Shown in pieces: positions 57,633-64,000 of a DNA stretch of 64,000 nucleotides. Where the stretch lies: positions 786-64,785 of the forward strand of contig CAZLDI010000004.1 of NCBI GenBank assembly GCA_964558415.1, written 5' to 3'. The DNA comes from an uncultured Dehalococcoidia bacterium. GTDB lineage: Bacteria; Chloroflexota; Dehalococcoidia; SM23-28-2; RBG-16-64-32. Under the pieces are notes generated by a model. The model saw only the letters and a program-made list of their open reading frames with translations. It had not been told where the DNA came from and searched no databases. Position numbers and translations under genes: made by a program. Each line of letters opens with the position of its first letter. The stretch's first letter is position 1.

Positions 57633-58172
57633 GTGGCCGTGACCGAACTGCCGAGGCCGTTGGCGGATATCTCTGAGGCGCTGGCAGGCCAGCGCAGCCG
57701 TCTGATTGACGCGCTGCGGGGCCTGCGCGCGACGGACACAGTCCGGTCACCCGGTGCTGAGGAATGGAGCGCGGCTCAGGTTGTGGACCACCTGCTACTG
57801 GCCGAGGGGTTCACGAACGACCTAACGAAGATGATGGTCGAGAGGGCGGAAGCGTCGGGCGACGCAGCGGGCTTCCCGGCCGACCTTACCGTGTTCGATC
57901 CATTACCGCCACCCCGCGGCATGGAGGCGCCGCCGCCGATCCGGCCCCGGCAGCAGCTCCCACCGGCGGAGCTGATCGCGGCTTTGGAGGCAATGGGCGA
58001 GCGCTCCCGGTCATCGTTCGCGGCGATGGCATCGTTCGACCCGAGGCAATACAGCATGGAGCATCCACTCTTTGGCCTGCTCGACCTTGGGCAGTGGTGG
58101 ATGGTGCACCCAGTGCACTACGAGATGCACATCGCGCAGGCGCAAGAAGCGCTGAAGGCTCGGGGCGAATAA
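57633..58172 (+). CDS. DinB_2 family protein
   Basis: AAQVVDHLLLAEG...WMVHPVHYEMHIAQ shows the His-triad pattern. Confidence 0.65.
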   Translation: MAVTELPRPLADISEALAGQRSRLIDALRGLRATDTVRSPGAEEWSAAQVVDHLLLAEGFTNDLTKMMVERAEASGDAAGFPADLTVFDPLPPPRGMEAPPPIRPRQQLPPAELIAALEAMGERSRSSFAAMASFDPRQYSMEHPLFGLLDLGQWWMVHPVHYEMHIAQAQEALKARGE

Positions 58173-58175
58173 CCG

Positions 58176-59378
58176 GTGCGCTTCTACGAATTCGAAGCGA
58201 AGACCCTGCTCGCGCGGGAAGGCGTGCGCCTGCCAGCCGGTGGTACCGCGAAGACTCCTGCGGAGGCGAAGCGACTGGCGGCGGAGCTCGGCGGGCCGGT
58301 TGTCCTCAAGTCTCAGGTGCTTTCGGGCGGGCGGATGAAAGCCGGCGGCGTGAAGTTTGCGGACACGCCGGAAGAGGCGGCAGACGCCGCCGAAGCGATC
58401 CTGAAGCTGCCGATTCGGGATCAGATGCCGGTCTGCGTCTCCGTTGAAGCAAAGGCCGCAGTCGCGAAGGAATACTACCTGGGTGTGACGTTCGACGGAA
58501 TCGCCAAGCTACCGGTGATGATCTTCAGCGACATGGGTGGCATCGACATCGAGCAGGTCGCAGAGGAGCACCCGGACCACGTCGCGAAGCGCCACTTCAG
58601 CACGTTGACCCCGTTCTCCGATTTCGAGGCGAAGGAGCTCGTGGCTTCGCTGGGGATCAAGGGCAGCGAGCTCACGGCGATCACGGGGACGGTGACGCGG
58701 CTGGTGCAGGCGTTCCTGCGTTACAACCTGACACTGGCAGAGATCAACCCGCTGGGACAGCTAATGGACGGTTCGTTTGTCGCCCTCGACTGCCATCTGG
58801 ATATGGAAGAAGAGGCGCGGGACCGCCACCAGGATGTCCTCGGCGAGCTCGGCATCTCGCCCGATGACGCGAGGCAGGGACGCCCGCCGACGGAGTTCGA
58901 GATGCGGGGCGTGCAAGTGGATACGTCCGATCATCGCGGCGTCGCAGGGCGCGTCGTCGAGTTCGATGGCGATTTGGGCCTGGTGATCGGCGCAGGCGGC
59001 GGTAGCCTGACGATCTTCGACGCTGTGCAGAAGTACGGCGGACGGCCCGCCAACTACTGCGAGATAGGCGGGAACCCGAGTGTGAAGAAGGCGTGCGAGC
59101 TAACGAAGCTGATCCTGAGCAAGCCGGGCGTGAAAAAGATCGCCGTGATCATGAACGTTGTGAGCAACACGCGGGTGGATATAGTGGCCCGGGGAGTGAT
59201 CAAAGGCGTCGTCGAGTCGGGCTTCGAACCGGCCGACAAGATCGCCATCTTCCGCATCCCGGGCGCGTGGGAGCAGGATGGGTTCTCGATCCTGCGGAAG
59301 TACGGAGTGGAGTACTGCGACCGCAGCGTCTCGATGTCGGAGGCGGCGCGACGAGCTGTGGAGAAAGTGGGTGAGTAG
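58176..59378 (+). CDS. Succinyl-CoA synthetase beta-subunit-like ADP-forming acyl-CoA ligase (ATP-grasp)
   Basis: GTG start. The GPVVLKSQVLSGGRMKAGGVKF ATP-grasp domain plus a CoA-ligase domain. Confidence 0.8.
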   Translation: MRFYEFEAKTLLAREGVRLPAGGTAKTPAEAKRLAAELGGPVVLKSQVLSGGRMKAGGVKFADTPEEAADAAEAILKLPIRDQMPVCVSVEAKAAVAKEYYLGVTFDGIAKLPVMIFSDMGGIDIEQVAEEHPDHVAKRHFSTLTPFSDFEAKELVASLGIKGSELTAITGTVTRLVQAFLRYNLTLAEINPLGQLMDGSFVALDCHLDMEEEARDRHQDVLGELGISPDDARQGRPPTEFEMRGVQVDTSDHRGVAGRVVEFDGDLGLVIGAGGGSLTIFDAVQKYGGRPANYCEIGGNPSVKKACELTKLILSKPGVKKIAVIMNVVSNTRVDIVARGVIKGVVESGFEPADKIAIFRIPGAWEQDGFSILRKYGVEYCDRSVSMSEAARRAVEKVGE

Positions 59379-59699
59379 ATGCCGGCCTACGTGATCGCGC
59401 AGATGCAAGTGAACGACCCAGAGAAGTACCGCATGTACGCATCCAGGGTACCGCCGACTGTTGTCGGCTATGGCGGGCGCTTCCTCGTCGCCAGCGACAC
59501 TGCCGACGTCAAAGAAGGCGCGCAGACCTACGCGCGCACCGTGATCGGCGAGTTTCCAACAATGGAGGCGGCCCGAGCCTGGTACGAATCAGCCGATTAC
59601 CAGGCGGTTCTACCGTTGCGGCTAGCATCAACGACCGGAATTCTCTTCATCGTGGAGGGCTTCACGCTGCCTCCCGTAACCGGAGACCAAGTCGAATAA
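59379..59699 (+). CDS. DUF1330 family protein
   Basis: 106 aa reading MPAYVIAQMQVNDPEKYRMYASRVPPTVVGYGGRFL. Confidence 0.65.
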   Translation: MPAYVIAQMQVNDPEKYRMYASRVPPTVVGYGGRFLVASDTADVKEGAQTYARTVIGEFPTMEAARAWYESADYQAVLPLRLASTTGILFIVEGFTLPPVTGDQVE

Positions 59700-59714
59700 C
59701 GCCGCGCTCACGCC

Positions 59715-60635
59715 ATGTCAATTCTGATCGACGAAAACACGACCTTCATCATCCAGGGCATCACCGGCCGCGAGGCGGTGAACATGACGCGCGAGTGCCT
59801 GGACTACGGCTCCAAGGTCGTCGGCGGCGTGACGCCGGGACGCGGCGGCCGCGATGTGTACGGAGTGCCGGTCTACGACACGGTAAAGGAGGTCGTCACG
59901 AAGGAGCGCGTTGATGGCTCCGTGATCACTGTGCCGCCGGCCTTTGTCCGCGACGCCGCGTTCGAGGCGATCGAGAACGGCGTCAAGCTGCTGGTGATCG
60001 TCACGGAGCGTGTGCCGCGCATGGAGATCGCACAGCTCTTGGAATTGGCGCGGCTGCGTGGCACGCGACTCATCGGGCCCAACTGCCTTGGCATGATCAC
60101 GCCGGGTAAGTCGAAGATGGGCGGGATCGGCGGCCCCGCGGCGAACACGCGCCAGGCGTATCGTCCGGGGCACATCGGGGTTATGTCGCGCAGTGGCGGC
60201 ATGACGACGGAGATATCGAACTCACTCACCGCCGCCGGCCTCGGGCAGAGCACTGCGGTTAGCATCGGCGGCGACCCGATCATTGGCTCCACGTACGCAG
60301 AGTTGATGCCGTTGTTCGAGGCGGACCCCGAGACGCACGCTATTGTCATCTACTCCGAGCCGGGCGGTCCCATGGACGCGCAACTAGCTGAGTACGTCAA
60401 GAAGACCAACTCGCGGCTGCCGATCATCGCCTTCATGGCCGGGCGGTTTATGGACAAGATGCCCGGCATGCGCTTCGGCCACGCCGGCACGATCGTCGAG
60501 GGCAAGGCGGACACCGCAGCCGAGAAGATCCGCCGGCTAAATGACGCGGGGATCTCGGTGGCCGAGGAGATCGCGCAGATACCGGAGATGGTCAAATTGA
60601 AGCTGGCATCGACTAAGGAGACTGGAACGAAGTGA
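59715..60635 (+). CDS. Succinyl-CoA synthetase alpha-subunit-like CoA-binding subunit
   Basis: CoA-binding Rossmann domain plus the phosphohistidine-loop region GHAGTIV. Confidence 0.85.
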   Translation: MSILIDENTTFIIQGITGREAVNMTRECLDYGSKVVGGVTPGRGGRDVYGVPVYDTVKEVVTKERVDGSVITVPPAFVRDAAFEAIENGVKLLVIVTERVPRMEIAQLLELARLRGTRLIGPNCLGMITPGKSKMGGIGGPAANTRQAYRPGHIGVMSRSGGMTTEISNSLTAAGLGQSTAVSIGGDPIIGSTYAELMPLFEADPETHAIVIYSEPGGPMDAQLAEYVKKTNSRLPIIAFMAGRFMDKMPGMRFGHAGTIVEGKADTAAEKIRRLNDAGISVAEEIAQIPEMVKLKLASTKETGTK

Positions 60636-61423
60636 GCGTAACCCAGCTCCCATGGCTCCATCGCTATCGCGGCCAGCGATTCCTTAAGGAAATTAGGAAG
60701 GCTGAAGAACGATGCGCGAAGGAAACGTGGGGAACGCTGCCGAAGACCGGCGAGCGCACGCCACGCTCCCTGTCCGCCCTAGGCGACTTGCTTAGGCTGA
60801 CCTACAGCGCCTCCAGTTGCTCGTGGGGGTGTGCAGGCAGTGACCATACAGCGAACTATCTGGCCGGACGCGTGGCAACGCTAACGTCCGCGTCGCTACG
60901 ATGCTTGTCGGCAGGCTATTATGATGAGTCACTGGTGCTGGCGCGATCCGTGGGAGAGTTGGCGAACCTACTTTTGCTATTTGCACGCTATCCAGACGAA
61001 TACGTCCGCTGGAAGACCACCACACCCAAAGAGCGCCGCCAAGCTTTCTCTCCGGTTAATGTGCGGATGTCGTTGGAGCAAGCCCTAGACTTTGTTCCGG
61101 TTGACCACGTTCGTTACGAAGCGCTGAGCGAAATGGGTGTCCACGTAACTCCAGACACTATACCCCAGGCCCACAATCCGGCTCGCCGCGCCGTTCTCGG
61201 GCACATCTTCCAATTGCCGGGAGGCATCATGGCGCTAACGGAGCTCTGCATCGCCACATCAGTGGCCGCCCACTCCGTATCCAAGCTCATGAACATACCA
61301 ATGGGCGTGCGTGACGATTTCGATGCCTGTGCGCGAGAACTCATCGACGCACTTCCCAACATCGACATCTTGAGCATTCCCAAACTTCTGAGATCGCTTG
61401 CTAGGGAGCCATCGCAAGAATGA
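60632..61423 (+). CDS. Hypothetical protein in the lower-GC island
   Basis: The GTG start overlaps the sucD-like stop. 263 aa, with more A/T-ending codons than the core genes. No family was recognised. Confidence 0.5.
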   Translation: MSVTQLPWLHRYRGQRFLKEIRKAEERCAKETWGTLPKTGERTPRSLSALGDLLRLTYSASSCSWGCAGSDHTANYLAGRVATLTSASLRCLSAGYYDESLVLARSVGELANLLLLFARYPDEYVRWKTTTPKERRQAFSPVNVRMSLEQALDFVPVDHVRYEALSEMGVHVTPDTIPQAHNPARRAVLGHIFQLPGGIMALTELCIATSVAAHSVSKLMNIPMGVRDDFDACARELIDALPNIDILSIPKLLRSLAREPSQE

Positions 61424-61460
61424 AGGTCGATTCACGTTCCGAAAGAGAAGATAGGTAGCC

Positions 61461-61697
61461 GTGGCGATGTTCATCCGCGTGGACATGGAGCCATCGGTCG
61501 CGTCGGACCGTGAGCTGGCGAAGAAACTGGTGGAGGTCTGCCCCGTGAACATCTTCGCTCAGGCCGCGGACGGCTCTGCGACCATCGTCGAGGAGAACCT
61601 CGATGAATGCGTTTTATGCGATCTTTGTGTGCAAGCTGCGCCGCCGGGCGGGGTGCGAGTCCACAAGCTGTACGATGGGACAATGCTGAAGCGGTAG
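61461..61697 (+). CDS. Small ferredoxin-like protein with a single CxxCxxC...CP cluster motif
   Basis: VEVCPVNIF and ECVLCDLCVQ. Confidence 0.45.
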   Translation: MAMFIRVDMEPSVASDRELAKKLVEVCPVNIFAQAADGSATIVEENLDECVLCDLCVQAAPPGGVRVHKLYDGTMLKR

Positions 61698-61934
61698 GCC
61701 CGCCTAGTCCCCTCATCCTTCAACATCGCGACAACTCCATGTCGTGATGGCGGCCGCCGTGATACATCGCGCCGCGCTGGGTACCCTCGTGTCTGTACGC
61801 GACCTCTGACACGATCCCGCGCGGCCGGTAGTCTCCGCGGTTGTCCAGATCAAGGTCGATCTCGCGCAGGTAATCGAGGTCTGAGTCGCGGACCGGCCGT
61901 AGGGTCAGGTTTTGCCCTTCAGCAATGCTATCTC

Positions 61935-62999
61935 CTATAGGTTCATCGCTGCTAGTACTGGCCGTCGCGCGCGCACGCCCAGCGTGCCCGGCTGGATCGT
62001 CACGCCCGCGCTCCACTCGTCCATCAGGGCGATCAACTCAGCCTTGCCGATCAGCTTCAGAAGCCAGGTCTCGTGCACTAACATCGTCGCGCTTACGATG
62101 TGTCGCAGTGCCAGATGCACAGCGCGCGACTGATTCGGAGAATCGGGGCCATCTGTAAACATGGTGGCGTCTTCGTAGTTACATCGGATTCTCAGTCGAT
62201 AGAGATAGTCAAGCAGGGTCGCCGGTCTCGTCTTCACTTCGATGTCACGTTTCTCTGCGGCGGTCAATCGGGGGCGCGGAAATTTCGGCATTACCTGCGG
62301 CTGACGACCCCTTGCGACTCTTTGATCCTGCGATTCCGACCACTTCTTGCGGAGCTCAGCCTGCTTTCGATCTCTCTTATCCCTTGTGGCCTCGATTAGT
62401 CGTTCCTCTCTGGTCTTTCGCAACGCTTGGCCCGCTAGGTCCCAGCAATTTCCCCAGTCTGCCTGAGTCCAAGGATTTATGTCGGGCGCAAACACGTGGT
62501 CTCTTGGAGGATTGCAGGATCCAGCGGTACTCCATCCGAAGGACCAGGGTGGAAGAGGGACGGTTTGGTTGACCCAGAAGTCGCAGTATGAGCGTTGAGT
62601 CTTCGCGTGGCTGTCTGGTCGCAACTGTCCGCGCGCCACGAAGACGGCTTGGAAGACGTGGTAAGAGGCATAGTAAGCCTGAACTGAACCCCAATTGTTC
62701 GCCATGCCAACCAATTCATCATCCACCACCTCTCCAGTAACCTCCAATAACAATTCTGTGGTCCATCCATTCTTGAGGATCGCCGCGACTGAGCCAATCG
62801 TTCTTGCATCCAAGCGTCTTGGAGTCAGTCGACCAAACGCAGGCAGATTCGATATCGCACTCGTGATTCCACCGTACACTCGATCCCTCGGCACCATTAG
62901 AGAGCGGCGCGGACTGGCCGCGTACTCGTCGATGATTATATCCAGTGCCGCCAGATAGTTGTGATGCGCGAGAAAGGCACCCCTTGGGTCACTCGCCAC
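61935..62999 (-). CDS. Hypothetical protein in the lower-GC island
   Basis: 354 aa. It starts 9 nt downstream of the MaoC-hydratase stop. A/T-rich third positions. No family was recognised. Confidence 0.55.
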   Translation of the reverse strand: MASDPRGAFLAHHNYLAALDIIIDEYAASPRRSLMVPRDRVYGGITSAISNLPAFGRLTPRRLDARTIGSVAAILKNGWTTELLLEVTGEVVDDELVGMANNWGSVQAYYASYHVFQAVFVARGQLRPDSHAKTQRSYCDFWVNQTVPLPPWSFGWSTAGSCNPPRDHVFAPDINPWTQADWGNCWDLAGQALRKTREERLIEATRDKRDRKQAELRKKWSESQDQRVARGRQPQVMPKFPRPRLTAAEKRDIEVKTRPATLLDYLYRLRIRCNYEDATMFTDGPDSPNQSRAVHLALRHIVSATMLVHETWLLKLIGKAELIALMDEWSAGVTIQPGTLGVRARRPVLAAMNL

Positions 63000-63008
63000 C
63001 AGCGTCCG

Positions 63009-64000
63009 TTATCTCCTTTTCGGCATAAGGACCGTATAGTCCAGATCCAGAACGACGTTCGGATGGTGCGATTCTCGGCCTGATTCGGGGTCCCGTGCCT
63101 TGAGCTCGACGGGTTCCTCGTTGGGGTCCACGTTCTTGATGCCAACGAGGCGCAGGCGCAGCGCCCCGACATCAGTGCGCCCGAGATCGATGCGCTCCAA
63201 TACCTCAGTCCACGCAAAGAGCGTGTCACCGCCCACGGTCGGGTTGGCGTGCGTACCGGCGTTAAAACCGAGGATGCGTATGGCGTTCTCCAGACCGTCA
63301 TTCGAGATCGCGTGGGCGAGGGAGATGATGTGGCCGCCGTAGATTATCCGCGTGCCGAGCTTCGACTTCTTCTGGAGCATCTCGTTGAAATGGACGCGGG
63401 CGTTGTTTTGATACAGACGCGTCGCCATCTGGTGCTCCGCGGACTCTATCGTGAAGCCCTGCGGATGCACGATGCGCTCCCCTGGTTCGTAGTCTTCCCA
63501 GAACGCCTGCCCCCCCGTCGCCGCCGCGTCGAACTTCGACAGATCAAGCTCCTGGGGAATATGCAGGTTTTCGGTGGCCACGCGGGCAGGCAGCTCCGGC
63601 GTATCGTCCGCTTCACTGTTGTCACCAGGTTTCCGCTTGTTTACCATCGCCCAGCGGTAGAACTGAAGCACAGGCTCACCCCGCTGATTGAAGCCGCGCG
63701 TGTGCACCCAGACGATGCCCACGTCTGGCCGGGTGGTGTCGCGGCGGCCAATGACTTCCGTTTCCGCGCGTAACGTGTCCCCTGGGTAGACGGTGTTGAG
63801 GAAACGCATATCGGCGTAACCCAGGTTGGCCGGGGAGTTCAACGATACGTCGGGGACAGCGCGGCCGAAGACGATGTGGAAGACCAGCATATCGTGGGTC
63901 GTCTCTCGCTCGAACCCGAGCGACCGCGCGAACTCTCGCGAGCAGTGCAGCGGCCGCCGGTCGCCGGTGAGGGCGATGTAGAGCGCGAGGTCGCCTTCGG
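63009..64000 (-). CDS. MaoC-like double-hotdog (R)-specific enoyl-CoA hydratase, mesaconyl-CoA/itaconyl-CoA hydratase-like. The 5' end lies beyond the window.
   Basis: The frame remains open to the window end and encodes ALTGDRRPLHCSREFAR (the MaoC GDxNPLH-type motif) upstream of the tracked ATG. Two hotdog halves are visible. Confidence 0.8.
   Translation of the reverse strand, partial: EGDLALYIALTGDRRPLHCSREFARSLGFERETTHDMLVFHIVFGRAVPDVSLNSPANLGYADMRFLNTVYPGDTLRAETEVIGRRDTTRPDVGIVWVHTRGFNQRGEPVLQFYRWAMVNKRKPGDNSEADDTPELPARVATENLHIPQELDLSKFDAAATGGQAFWEDYEPGERIVHPQGFTIESAEHQMATRLYQNNARVHFNEMLQKKSKLGTRIIYGGHIISLAHAISNDGLENAIRILGFNAGTHANPTVGGDTLFAWTEVLERIDLGRTDVGALRLRLVGIKNVDPNEEPVELKARDPESGRESHHPNVVLDLDYTVLMPKRR

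Noticed and set aside
61720-62016. 98-aa minus-strand ORF
   Set aside because: It overlaps the start region of the 354-aa hypothetical gene in another frame. No support.

Overview
This is a 64 kb, high-GC bacterial chromosomal segment (about 65% GC by eye, with strong G/C-ending codon bias in most genes). Gene content and codon usage suggest a Chloroflexota/Thermomicrobia-like or actinobacterial host; that is inference only.

Housekeeping content: an OppD/DppD-like ABC ATPase running off the window start; a tRNA-Lys/tRNA-Leu/tRNA-Val cluster; a T-box-like leader followed by two tiny membrane ORFs and thrS (lacking the N-terminal TGS domain); infC with an apparent AUU start, then rpmI and rplT; convergent pheS-pheT; a stand-alone RAM-domain protein and moeA; an orphan Flp pilin; galK with a GH36 alpha-galactosidase; and a pterin dehydratase.

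Acyl-CoA metabolism is unusually dense: four family III (CaiB/BaiF) CoA-transferases, a thiolase, an acyl-CoA dehydrogenase, a crotonase, an acyl-CoA mutase catalytic subunit, a malyl-CoA-lyase-like CitE protein, a split SucC/SucD-like ligase, a MaoC double-hotdog hydratase (runs off the window end), two luciferase-like oxidoreductases and an acetoacetate-decarboxylase-like protein.

Notable oddities:
- Two lower-GC islands. One at 17.0-19.0 kb carries a SIR2-like protein plus an uncharacterised 241-aa partner, a candidate undescribed anti-phage module. The other at 60.6-63.0 kb carries two hypotheticals.
- A GrdB-family protein with an in-frame TGA followed by a U-x-x-C motif, a putative selenoprotein.
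- An HPRT fused to an endonuclease-like domain and a long low-complexity N-terminus.
- Two tandem DinB-like paralogs, each disrupted at the same N-terminal position.

No rRNA, CRISPR array, transposase or integrase was recognised.
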